This document shows, in pieces, positions 38,975 to 48,048 of a stretch of 64,000 bases of DNA. Source of the DNA: Candidatus Oxydemutator sp. (lineage in GTDB: Bacteria; Pseudomonadota; Gammaproteobacteria; Poriferisulfidales; Oxydemutatoraceae). The notes under the pieces were generated by a model, which was given only the letters and a program-made list of their open reading frames with translations, was not told where the DNA came from and did not search any database. The position numbers and the translations under genes were made by a program. The stretch is taken from the NCBI GenBank assembly GCA_965203445.1, contig OZ241883.1, positions 960,001 through 1,024,000 on the forward strand, written 5' to 3'. How positions within the stretch are numbered: position 1 is the first letter of the stretch; every line of letters starts with the position of its first letter.

Positions 38975-40276
38975 ATGAGAAATTTCGACAGAATTGTTTT
39001 TATATTGGCGTTCGTCGCGGCCACCGCGGGCATAATCGCGTTCAGGAGTTTTCTGCCCGCGTACACGTGGGCGCCCGCGGCGTGGGCGGCGCTGGTGCTG
39101 ACGTTGTTGTTCCTGTACACGCTTGCCGATGAAGGAGGCGGCGAGCGCGACGGCGACAACCTGTATTATCTCGGCCTGCTGTTCACGCTGGTGAGTCTCG
39201 GCCATTCGCTGTACATCTACGATTCCGCCGCCGGCGGGTCGGCCCGCGCCATCGTCTCCGGTTTCGGCGTGGCGCTGTCGTCGACCGTGCTGGGCATACT
39301 CTACCGAGCCATCGTGCAATCGTTCCAGACCGATCTGGCGGAGAGCGAAACCCAGGCGCGGCGCGAACTCGGCAACGCGATGGGGCACTTCAGAACCGAG
39401 TTGTACCAGTGGGCCAAGGACGTCGGTTCGTTCCTGCTGGTGACGCGCCAGATGTTCACCGAGATCAACGACATGTTGCAGGAAAACAGTCGCCAGACCT
39501 GCGAGCGCGTGACCGAGGTGGCGGACGGGCTCAAGCAGACGAGCGAACGCCTGCAAGGGTCGTTTGAAAAGCAGCAGCTGCAATTCGCCGAGGACATGGG
39601 TCGCGCGCACGAGGCCATGGAGAAGGTCGCCGCGCAGTTGGGGGCGCTGGTGGACGGTCGCGGCGGCATCGCGGAAAAACTCGACGGCGCCCTCGGGCAG
39701 ATGGAAGACAGAATCAACGACATCGGCGAGACCGTGAAACGCAACCTGGATAAGCAGTTTCAGGGCACGACCGGGGGGCTGGACGCGTTTTTGAAAAAGC
39801 TGAACGTGTTCGCCGACCGGCTGAAGGTGCTCGAAAGCAGCCCCGACGTCATCGCCGGGGAGTTCCGGCAGCTGGCGCAGACGCTGGAGAAATCGCTGTC
39901 GCCGGTGCGCGCCGTGGTCGACGCCGAAACGAAGATGGTCGCCGAGATAGACGAGTTTCTGGAGACGATCCGCAATACCGACGTCACCAGGCTGGCGCAA
40001 TCGGTGGACTTGGCCGCGGCCAAGACCGCCGAGCTGAGCGAGCGGCTCGCGTCCATAGGCGACGAGATGGAGGCGGCGACGCACCGCCTGGTGGAAACGA
40101 TGAAGAACAGCGAGACCGAGGTACAGGGGCACGTCAAGACGTCGGAGAACTTCCGGCGGAGCATGCAGAGCCACCTCGAGGCGTCGCGCGTCATGGTGCG
40201 CGAGGTGCACGAGTCGCTGCTCACCGCGGCGCGGGCGATTCGCAAGGAAATAGATGGCGTCGAATACAAACAATAA
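38975..40276 (+). CDS. MotA/TolQ/ExbB-like membrane domain with long helical tail (ZorA-like architecture)
   Basis: Four TM segments incl. YYLGLLFTLVSL and GFGVALSSTVLG, then about 310 aa helical/coiled-coil. Confidence 0.6.
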   Translation: MRNFDRIVFILAFVAATAGIIAFRSFLPAYTWAPAAWAALVLTLLFLYTLADEGGGERDGDNLYYLGLLFTLVSLGHSLYIYDSAAGGSARAIVSGFGVALSSTVLGILYRAIVQSFQTDLAESETQARRELGNAMGHFRTELYQWAKDVGSFLLVTRQMFTEINDMLQENSRQTCERVTEVADGLKQTSERLQGSFEKQQLQFAEDMGRAHEAMEKVAAQLGALVDGRGGIAEKLDGALGQMEDRINDIGETVKRNLDKQFQGTTGGLDAFLKKLNVFADRLKVLESSPDVIAGEFRQLAQTLEKSLSPVRAVVDAETKMVAEIDEFLETIRNTDVTRLAQSVDLAAAKTAELSERLASIGDEMEAATHRLVETMKNSETEVQGHVKTSENFRRSMQSHLEASRVMVREVHESLLTAARAIRKEIDGVEYKQ

Positions 40277-40964
40277 AGCGGACGCCGCCTTGCTGAACGG
40301 GCGCTCGTACCGCCGCGGCCTGACGCTGGGGCTGGGGCTGTCGGAATTGCTGGTGGTGGTGCTGTTCCTGCTGCTGCTGTTGGGCGTGCCGTACGCGACG
40401 ACGCGCCCGGCCGCGGAGCAGCCCGCCGACGTGCGCGAGTCGGCCGCGCTGTTGATCGAAAGCCGCAAGGAACTCGCGCGCGTGCAGGCCGAGAACGCCG
40501 CGCTTCGGCAGAGACTGTCGCAGGGCAAGGAGGGGCTGCTCAGGCAGCTCAGGCAGCAGACGCTTGCGATCGCCCACCTGGCCAGGGAAAAAGGCCTCGA
40601 GGCGTCGTGCTGGTACGACTTCGACGAGGCCGGCAAACAGAACCAGGTGTATCTGTTTGACGTCAACATCTATGACGTCGGCATGGAAATCGAGGACCTC
40701 GAGGCACCCCCGCAATACGCCGAGGAGAAGGCGCTGCTGCCGCTCGACCTTCCCTACGGTGAACGCATCAGCGACGACGACTTCCTGCGCGCGACCAAGC
40801 CGCTCCACGAATACGCCAGGACGCGCAAACTGAGGCCGTACCCGTGCGTGTTCTACGTGCGCATACGCGACCGCACTTCGGCGGCGGCGCCGGAGCGCTA
40901 CAAACGGGCCGACGAGCGCGTCGTCGGCCGGCATTTCTACCGCTATCGCTCGCGCACCCGGTAG
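40254..40964 (+). CDS. Single-TM partner protein (MotB/ZorB-like topology) with unrecognised C-terminal domain
   Basis: Overlaps upstream gene; LSELLVVVLFLLLLL TM with acidic residue, short coiled coil, globular C-terminus. Confidence 0.55.
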   Translation: MASNTNNKADAALLNGRSYRRGLTLGLGLSELLVVVLFLLLLLGVPYATTRPAAEQPADVRESAALLIESRKELARVQAENAALRQRLSQGKEGLLRQLRQQTLAIAHLAREKGLEASCWYDFDEAGKQNQVYLFDVNIYDVGMEIEDLEAPPQYAEEKALLPLDLPYGERISDDDFLRATKPLHEYARTRKLRPYPCVFYVRIRDRTSAAAPERYKRADERVVGRHFYRYRSRTR

Positions 40965-41183
40965 CGGAACCTCGGCGTGAAACGGGTGAACGGGAAAATC
41001 GCGCGCGCCGACTCGTGTGCGCTCGAGATCGCCGACCTGCGCCGTGAGCACAGACTGTTGCGCAAGACGGTCAAGTCGTGGCGGCAGCGGCGGCGCAAGC
41101 TGCTGCTGAAGGAACGGATTTACGGCGCCGTGCACGGCGTGCACGAGGCGCGCGACGACTGAGCGGCGTCGCGTCGGCGGTGC

Positions 41184-42188
41184 TCATCCGCCGCTCTCGG
41201 CGCGCGCCGGTCTTCGCAGTAGTTCGACGACGGCGTCGTGCACCGTCGTCTCGCCCTGCAACACGCGCTGAACCTGCGTGCAGATCGGCATTTCGACGCC
41301 GTGGCGCGCCGCCAGTCGCAGCGCGATGCCGGTCGTCGGCACGCCCTCGACGACGCCGCCGCATTTGCCGAGCGCGTCGCGCGCCGCGAGTCCCCGCGCC
41401 AGCAGCAAGCCGAGGCGGCGGTTGCGCGACAGGTCGCTGCCGCACGACAGCACGACGTCGCCGAGACCGGCCAGGCCGGTAACGGTCTCCGCGCGCGCGC
41501 CCATCGCCGTCGCCAGTTCCAGAATCTCGTTGAGGCCGCGCGTGACCAGCGCGGCCTTTGCATTTTCGCCCATGCCCAGACCGTCGCACACGCCGACCGC
41601 GATCGCGATGACGTTCTTCAGCGCCCCGCCGATCTCGGCGCCGACCACGTCGTCGGTGGTGTAGGCGCGCAACTTGCCGCCGTGCAGCATCGCCGCGAAA
41701 GCGCGCGCCGCGCCGGCGTCGCGCGAGGCTATGGTGACGGCGGTGGGTTTGCCGGCGGCGACTTCGGCCGCAAACGACGGTCCCGCCAGCACGCACAACG
41801 GCAGCTTGCCGCCGAGCGTCTGCTCGATGACCTCGTGTACCAGGCAGGCGCTCTCGACCTCGATGCCCTTGATCGCGCACACCAGCCCCGTGTGCCTCTT
41901 GCCGACCGCGTCCTTGAGCCGTCCCGCGGTTTTGCGCAGCGCCGCGGTCGGCAGCGCCAGCAGCAGCAGCTCACCCGCGGCCACCGCCTCGTCGAAGTCG
42001 GCGCGCACCGAGACGGCGTCGGCAAGCCGCGCTCCGGGCAGATAGACGTCGTTGCGGCGCGTGTCCGCGAGGCGCGCGAGTAGCGCGCGGTCGCGCCCCC
42101 ACAGGTGCACCGCGTGCCCGTTGTCTGCGAGTTGCGACGCGAGCGCCGTGCCCCAGGCGCCCGCGCCGATCACGGTGATTTGCGTCAT
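41184..42188 (-). CDS. gpsA: Glycerol-3-phosphate dehydrogenase (NAD(P)+)
   Basis: GAGAWGTALA, GPSFA, GGALKNVIAI, SRNRRLG. Confidence 0.96.
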   Translation of the reverse strand: MTQITVIGAGAWGTALASQLADNGHAVHLWGRDRALLARLADTRRNDVYLPGARLADAVSVRADFDEAVAAGELLLLALPTAALRKTAGRLKDAVGKRHTGLVCAIKGIEVESACLVHEVIEQTLGGKLPLCVLAGPSFAAEVAAGKPTAVTIASRDAGAARAFAAMLHGGKLRAYTTDDVVGAEIGGALKNVIAIAVGVCDGLGMGENAKAALVTRGLNEILELATAMGARAETVTGLAGLGDVVLSCGSDLSRNRRLGLLLARGLAARDALGKCGGVVEGVPTTGIALRLAARHGVEMPICTQVQRVLQGETTVHDAVVELLRRPARAESGG

Positions 42189-42252
42189 GGCTGCTTGCGG
42201 CGGCACCTCGGGCGATGGAAGCGCGGTGGCGGGGTTCGCGCCGGCGCCGGGC

Positions 42253-42729
42253 TCAGTGCGGTTTGCCGATGTCCTGTGGTTCTATCTGCAACGCCTGCTG
42301 TTTCTGGCGATAGACCGCGTCGAAGTTGATCGGCCCCAGCAGCAGCTGCGGAAAACCGCCTTTCGACACCAAGCTGGCTATCGTCTCGCGCACGAACGGA
42401 AACAGTATGTTCGGGCAGTAGGCTTGCAGCACCGCCGTCATTCTCTGCTCGCTGAAGCCGCTCAGCGTGAAGGTGCCGCCCTGCTCGATCTCGACCACGA
42501 AGATGCGCTTGTCCTCCTGCATCGCGGTGATCGTGACGTGCAGCACGACCTCGTACAGGGTGTCGCGGATTTTCTGGCTCGAGCTTTGCAGGTTGATGTC
42601 TATGTGCGGGTGCCATTCCCGTTCGAGCGAATCGGGCGCGTGCAGCGACTCGAACGAGGCGTCTTTCAGATAAACCCGCTTGATTTCAAGGTGGCCCTGC
42701 CGTTGTTCGTTCGACTGCTTCTTTTCCAT
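42253..42729 (-). CDS. secB: Protein-export chaperone SecB
   Basis: YLKDASFE, CPNILFPFVRE, GGFPQL. Confidence 0.96.
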   Translation of the reverse strand: MEKKQSNEQRQGHLEIKRVYLKDASFESLHAPDSLEREWHPHIDINLQSSSQKIRDTLYEVVLHVTITAMQEDKRIFVVEIEQGGTFTLSGFSEQRMTAVLQAYCPNILFPFVRETIASLVSKGGFPQLLLGPINFDAVYRQKQQALQIEPQDIGKPH

Positions 42730-42754
42730 CGCGTGTTCCGCCGTGAAGGTGCCG

Positions 42755-43036
42755 CTACGGGGAGGCCGGGGGGACGGCGCCGCCCAGCAGCTCGTCGAGT
42801 CTGCCTTCCTGATCGAGTTCGACCATCTCCTGGTAGCCGCCGACGTGGTAATCGCCGATGAAGATCTGCGGCACCGACGTGCGCTTCGCGCGCTGCACCA
42901 TCTCCTCGCGCCGCGCGTCGTCGGCATCCACGCGGAACTCCCGGTATTCGGCCTGCTTGCGGGCGAGCAGTTTCTTCGCCCAGTTGCAGAACGGGCAGTT
43001 CGCCGAGGTATAGAGGTGGATCGGCGGGCTGCTCAT
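42755..43036 (-). CDS. grxC: Glutaredoxin 3
   Basis: CPFC, SVPQIFI, HVGG. Confidence 0.93.
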   Translation of the reverse strand: MSSPPIHLYTSANCPFCNWAKKLLARKQAEYREFRVDADDARREEMVQRAKRTSVPQIFIGDYHVGGYQEMVELDQEGRLDELLGGAVPPASP

Positions 43037-43458
43037 TTCGCCAGCGGCAGGTTGGCCTGTTGCCACGCGGCGACGCCGCCTTTCAGGAAGTAAATTCGCG
43101 CAAAGCCGCGCTTGCTCAGCAGTTGGCACGTCTTCTGCGCTTTCAGCCCGTTCGCGCAAAACGCGATGATCGGCTTGTCCTTGATCTTGCCGAGTTCATC
43201 CACCCGCTGCGGCAGCACGCTCGCCGACAGGTGCCGCGCGTTGCGTATCCGCCCCGCCGCCAGCTCCGAGGACTCGCGCACGTCGAGCAGCACGGCGTCG
43301 TCGCGGTTGATCAACTGCACCGCTTCCGCCGGCGTGACGTCGCGGTATCTTTTCAGCAGCCGCTTCATCTCGGTGACGACGATCATCACGACCAGCGCCG
43401 CCAGCACGCCGATCAGGAAGAGGTTGTCCTGTACGAAAATAGTGTAGTCTTTTTGCAC
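43033..43458 (-). CDS. Membrane-anchored rhodanese-like protein (YibN-like)
   Basis: LLDVRE, LKGGVAAW; synteny with grxC-secB-gpsA. Confidence 0.9.
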   Translation of the reverse strand: MQKDYTIFVQDNLFLIGVLAALVVMIVVTEMKRLLKRYRDVTPAEAVQLINRDDAVLLDVRESSELAAGRIRNARHLSASVLPQRVDELGKIKDKPIIAFCANGLKAQKTCQLLSKRGFARIYFLKGGVAAWQQANLPLAK

Positions 43459-43560
43459 GGAAGTTCACCCGACGGGCTATTATAATAGGAAATTGCGCGA
43501 CCGATCAGCGCGCCGTGATCCGGCGTCCGCCGTTGCGTGACTGCCATCCGCTCTTGGCAA

Positions 43561-44301
43561 ATGAATACCGCCGCCCGACCCGCAATCCTCGTTCTTCAGC
43601 ACGTAGCAGTCGAAGATCTCGGTTATTTGCAGGACTTGCTGTTGCGCGACGGCTTTGTCCTGACCACCGTGCGCCTCGACTTGGGCGAGAAGATCCCGCC
43701 CGACTTGCGCGCGTTCGACGCGATGTTCTCGATGGGCGGACCGATGGACACCTGGATGGGGCGCGCGTTCCCGTGGTTGGCGGACGAGAGGCGCGCCATC
43801 GGCGAGTTCGTCACCGGCCTGCACAAACCTTTCATCGGGTTTTGCCTGGGATGCCAGTTGTTGGGGGAGGCGTTGGGGGGAGACGTGGTGCGGTGTTCGT
43901 CGCCGGAGGTGGGTATTTTCGACGTCCGCCTGGCCGCCGCGGCCGCGAACGACGGGATCTTTTCGGGGTTTCCCGCGACCTTCAGGGCGCTGCACTGGCA
44001 TTCGTGGGAGGTCGCCAATTTGGAGGCGAACGCCGACGTGACCCTGCTGGGCTCGTCCGACGCGGTCAAATACCAGCTGTTCAAATACCGCGAACACGCG
44101 TACGGTATCCAGTTTCACCTGGAGATAAAGGAGCACACGGTGGCCGCGTGGGGCGGCGTCCCCGAATACCGCGAGGCGTTGCACCGCAGCCTCGGCGAAA
44201 ACGGACTGGACGTGTTCGACGCCGCCGCCAGGGACAGCCTGAAAGACATCAACCGTTGCGCGGACGTTCTGTACCAGGGATTCAAGGGGATGCTGAAGTG
44301 A
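43561..44301 (+). CDS. Type 1 glutamine amidotransferase
   Basis: MGGPM, GFCLGCQLL, GIQFHLE. Confidence 0.88.
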   Translation: MNTAARPAILVLQHVAVEDLGYLQDLLLRDGFVLTTVRLDLGEKIPPDLRAFDAMFSMGGPMDTWMGRAFPWLADERRAIGEFVTGLHKPFIGFCLGCQLLGEALGGDVVRCSSPEVGIFDVRLAAAAANDGIFSGFPATFRALHWHSWEVANLEANADVTLLGSSDAVKYQLFKYREHAYGIQFHLEIKEHTVAAWGGVPEYREALHRSLGENGLDVFDAAARDSLKDINRCADVLYQGFKGMLK

Positions 44302-44405
44302 GCGCTATGCAACCGTTCCGCTCGCGTGGACGGCCGCGGCCGGCGCAAGAAACGCCGGCGCGGCGCCGTGCTGCATTCGATTTCCCCCTGCTATAAAATA
44401 CGACG

Positions 44406-44945
44406 ATGGCCAAACGGAAAATTCTGACCTACCCCGACCCGAGGTTGCGCAAAAAAGCGGTGCCGGTCGAGTCCTTTGGCGCCGAAACGGCGCAAATAGC
44501 GGACGACCTGCTGGAAACCATGTACGACGAGCAGGGAATCGGCCTGGCGGCGACGCAAGTGGATATTCAGAAAGCGATTCTGGTAACCGACGTGTCGCGC
44601 GACCGCGACCACCCGCAATGCCTCGTCAACCCGCGCATCGTCGAGGCGCACGGCGTCGAGGAAATGGAGGAAGGCTGCCTGTCGGTGCCCGGCATCTACG
44701 CCAACGTCAGGCGCGCCGAGCGCATCCGCGTGCGCGCGCTTGATCGCGACGGCGGGCTGCTCGATATCGAGGCCGACGGCCTGCTCGCGGTCTGCATACA
44801 GCACGAGATGGATCATCTGCGCGGCAAGCTGTTCGTGGATTATCTGTCGCCGGAAAACCGCCGCCGCGCGCTCGAGAAGATCAAGGAAATAAAGCGCACC
44901 GGCAGACTGCCGAAGCGCGAAAAAGTGCCTTACGATCTGGTCTGA
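44406..44945 (+). CDS. def: Peptide deformylase
   Basis: [20 protein letters not shown]. Confidence 0.97.
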   Translation: MAKRKILTYPDPRLRKKAVPVESFGAETAQIADDLLETMYDEQGIGLAATQVDIQKAILVTDVSRDRDHPQCLVNPRIVEAHGVEEMEEGCLSVPGIYANVRRAERIRVRALDRDGGLLDIEADGLLAVCIQHEMDHLRGKLFVDYLSPENRRRALEKIKEIKRTGRLPKREKVPYDLV

Positions 44946-44962
44946 CCGATCCGCGCACGGTC

Positions 44963-45910
44963 TTGTCCCATTCCTCCCGCCGGATCGTATTCGCCGGAAC
45001 GCCGGATTTTGCGCTGCCGGTGCTGGAGGAGATCGCGGCGCGGCACCGCGCCGGCGATCATCGCCTGGTCGCGGTCTATACGCGCCCCGACCGCCCCTCG
45101 GGACGCGGGCGCAGGTTGCGCGCGAGTCCGGTCAAGCACTATGCGGAACGTTACGGCTTGGCGCTCGAACAGCCCGAAGTCTTCGACGCCGCCGCCGAGC
45201 GTCGTCTCGCCGCCTACGCTCCCGACCTGCTGGTAACGATGGCCTACGGTCTGCTGCTGCCGGCCTCGACGCTTGCGATCCCGGCGCTCGGCTGTGTCAA
45301 CGTCCACACCTCGCTGCTGCCGCGCTGGCGCGGCGCGGCGCCGGTCGCGCGCGCAATCGAGAGCGGCGACGCGCAAAGCGGCGTCAGCCTGATGCGGATG
45401 ACTAGGGAGCTCGACGCCGGCCCGATCATCAGTCGCCGTGTTTGCCCCGTCGCCGGCGAAGACACGACCGCGACGCTGTCGCGCAAGCTCGGCGAACTGG
45501 GCGCGCGCGAGGTCGCCGGGTTTCTCCAGCAGCTGGTCGGGGGCCGCGTTGCGGCGCAGCCGCAGGCAAGCGACGGCGCGTGCTACGCGGCCAGGCTCAG
45601 CAAGCGGGAGGCGTGGATCGAGTGGCGCGATCCGGCCGCGGCCGTCGCTCGCAAGGTGCGCGCGCTGAACCCGTGGCCGGTGGCCCAAGGAAGCCTGGGA
45701 GGAAAAGTTCTGCGGATATGGAACGCGGTCGAGTGCGCCGACGTCGGCGCGCCCGGGGAAGTGTTGGCGGCGGGCGCCGGCGGCGTCGTCGTGGCCTGCG
45801 GCGACGGCGCCCTGCGCCTGCTGTCGGTGCAGTTGCCGGGCGGCAGGGTCATGAGCGGCGCGGCGTTCGCCAACGGCCACCGCGTCGCCGGCCGGCGCTT
45901 TGCGGCGTGA
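44963..45910 (+). CDS. fmt: Methionyl-tRNA formyltransferase
   Basis: FAGTPDFA, NVHTSLLPRWRGAAP, LDAG. Confidence 0.96.
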   Translation: MSHSSRRIVFAGTPDFALPVLEEIAARHRAGDHRLVAVYTRPDRPSGRGRRLRASPVKHYAERYGLALEQPEVFDAAAERRLAAYAPDLLVTMAYGLLLPASTLAIPALGCVNVHTSLLPRWRGAAPVARAIESGDAQSGVSLMRMTRELDAGPIISRRVCPVAGEDTTATLSRKLGELGAREVAGFLQQLVGGRVAAQPQASDGACYAARLSKREAWIEWRDPAAAVARKVRALNPWPVAQGSLGGKVLRIWNAVECADVGAPGEVLAAGAGGVVVACGDGALRLLSVQLPGGRVMSGAAFANGHRVAGRRFAA

Positions 45911-45963
45911 GCGTCGGGAATGACGCGGGGGCGCCGGAATTGTTGTTATAATCTTGACCCGTC

Positions 45964-46539
45964 ATGTCCGCCGCCCCCTTGTCGTTGCTGATATTGTCGC
46001 TGCTTGCGGCGCCCGCGTGCGCGCAGGAACGGGCCGCCGGTTCCGACGACGACCAAGCCATCGTCATAGGCGGCATCCACGCCGCCGAACGCGACGGCCG
46101 GATTCATATAAACGCGCAGGCGAGCTTCACGTTTCCGCCGGCGGTGGCAACCGCGCTCAACAAGGAAGAGGAGCTGGTGTTCGTCACCGAGATCCAGGTG
46201 TTGCGCGAGCGCGAGTTTCTGCCCGCCGACGGCGTCATTGACCTCAGCATAAACCGGCGTCTTGCGTTCCACGCGCTGACGCGCAAATACATCGTCGACG
46301 ATCTGACCTTCTCGAGGCATGCGGTTTTCGACTCGCTCGACGAGGCGCTCGAGGAGCTTGGCCGCTACCGCGACCTTGCGGTCGTGGACAAGATGCTGGC
46401 GGTCGGTTCCGGCGCCACCCATATGCGGATGCGGCTCAGGCTGTCGCGCCGCCACCTGCCCCCGTTGTTGCGCGCCCGCAGCCTGGTGTCCCCGGACTGG
46501 TGGCGGATGTCGTCGGATTGGTACCGGTGGCCGCTGTAG
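45964..46539 (+). CDS. DUF4390-like periplasmic protein
   Basis: Signal peptide, LAFHALTRKY, LPPLLR, W-rich end; position after fmt. Confidence 0.75.
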   Translation: MSAAPLSLLILSLLAAPACAQERAAGSDDDQAIVIGGIHAAERDGRIHINAQASFTFPPAVATALNKEEELVFVTEIQVLREREFLPADGVIDLSINRRLAFHALTRKYIVDDLTFSRHAVFDSLDEALEELGRYRDLAVVDKMLAVGSGATHMRMRLRLSRRHLPPLLRARSLVSPDWWRMSSDWYRWPL

Positions 46540-46599
46540 CTTCCGCGCCCGCTTAGAGAAGGCGGGCGCGGACGACGCCCCGGATACCGCAGCCCCCCG

Positions 46600-47982
46600 A
46601 TGAAAGTCATCATCCTCGGCGCGAGCCACTTCGGCGCTTCGCTGGCGTTGAGCCTGATCGAGGAGGACAACGAGGTCACGCTGATAGACGAGGACGCGGC
46701 GCGCCTGCACGACATTCGCCATCGTTTCGATCTGCGCACGCTGATCGGGCGCGGTTCGCACCCGGACGTGTTGCAGCGCGCCGACGCCGACGACGCCGAC
46801 ATGCTGATCGCGCTGGCCGAGGACGACGAGGTCAACATCATCGCCTGCCGCGTCGCGCACACGATCTTCAACGTCCCGACCAAGATCGCGCTGGTCAGGA
46901 CGCCGGCCTACCTGAAGGAGCGCGACAAACTGTTCGGCGAGGAGGCCATTCCGATTGACGTGCTGGTCAGCCCGGAGCAGGTCGTCTCGCGCAACATCAG
47001 CCTGTTGATCGAGCATCCGGGCGCGTTGCAGGTGGCCGAGTTCGGCGGTGGGCGCCTGCTTTTGGTGTGCGCCGTCGCGCGCCGGGGCGGGCGCCTGATC
47101 GGGCGCGCCCTGCATGAACTGCCGCAAATATTGTCGGGACTGCCGCTGCGCGTAGCCGCGCTGTACCGCGGCGACAAGGCGATTTTCCCGGAGGGCGAGA
47201 CGCGCCTCGAGGCCGGCGACGAGGTGTTTTTCATCGCGCCGCGCGAGCGCATGGACGCGGTGACCGAGGCGCTCGGCTGGCAGGAGAAGCCGTACCGCAG
47301 AATCGTCGTCGCCGGCGGCGGGCACATCGGCGGCCACTTGGCGGAGCTGCTGCAAGGCGGCCACCACGTCAAGCTGATCGAGCCGGACGCCAACCGCGCG
47401 CGCGCGCTGGCCGAACGCTTCGACAAGGTCGTCGTGCTGAACGGCGACGCCACCAACGAGACCCTGCTGCTCGAGGAGAACGTCGCCCATACCGACATGT
47501 TTTGCGCGGTAACCGGCGACGACGAGGACAACATCCTGTCGGCGATGCTGGCCAAGCAGCTCGGCGCGCGCAAAGTGCTGGCGCTGGTCAACCGTACCAG
47601 CTACGTCGAGATGCTGCGCGGCAACCGCGTCAGCATAGACGTCGCGCTGTTCGCGCAACAGGCGTCGCTCGGCCAGCTGCTGCGCTACCTGCGCAAGGGC
47701 GACACCGTGGCCGTGCATTCGCTGCGCCGCGGCCAGGCCGAGGCGCTCGAAATCGTCGCCCACGGCGACGCGCGCACGTCGCGCGTCGTCGGGCGCAACC
47801 TGGGGCGCCTGCGCCTGCCGCCGGAGACCGCCGTAGGCGCCGTCGTGCGCGGCGACGAGGTGCTGATGGCGACGCGCGAGCTGGTGATCGAGTCCGGCGA
47901 CCACGTCGTCATCTTCGTGGATGAGAAAAAGCGCATTCCCGACATCGAGAAACTGTTCCAGGTCGGCGCGACGTTCCTATGA
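46600..47982 (+). CDS. trkA: Trk potassium uptake regulatory subunit
   Basis: Two RCK N/C repeats; SLRRGQAEALE. Confidence 0.94.
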   Translation: MKVIILGASHFGASLALSLIEEDNEVTLIDEDAARLHDIRHRFDLRTLIGRGSHPDVLQRADADDADMLIALAEDDEVNIIACRVAHTIFNVPTKIALVRTPAYLKERDKLFGEEAIPIDVLVSPEQVVSRNISLLIEHPGALQVAEFGGGRLLLVCAVARRGGRLIGRALHELPQILSGLPLRVAALYRGDKAIFPEGETRLEAGDEVFFIAPRERMDAVTEALGWQEKPYRRIVVAGGGHIGGHLAELLQGGHHVKLIEPDANRARALAERFDKVVVLNGDATNETLLLEENVAHTDMFCAVTGDDEDNILSAMLAKQLGARKVLALVNRTSYVEMLRGNRVSIDVALFAQQASLGQLLRYLRKGDTVAVHSLRRGQAEALEIVAHGDARTSRVVGRNLGRLRLPPETAVGAVVRGDEVLMATRELVIESGDHVVIFVDEKKRIPDIEKLFQVGATFL

Positions 47983-48048
47983 CCGGCGCAAGGCCCCTTG
48001 CCCCCGCTCCCGCGGCCGCGGGGACGAAGACCTGACGGGCGGCCGCCG

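Noticed and set aside
37964-40669. 901-aa ORF as a PyrD fusion
   Set aside because: The N-terminal extension is the antisense shadow of the two plus-strand membrane genes; PyrD starts at about 38911
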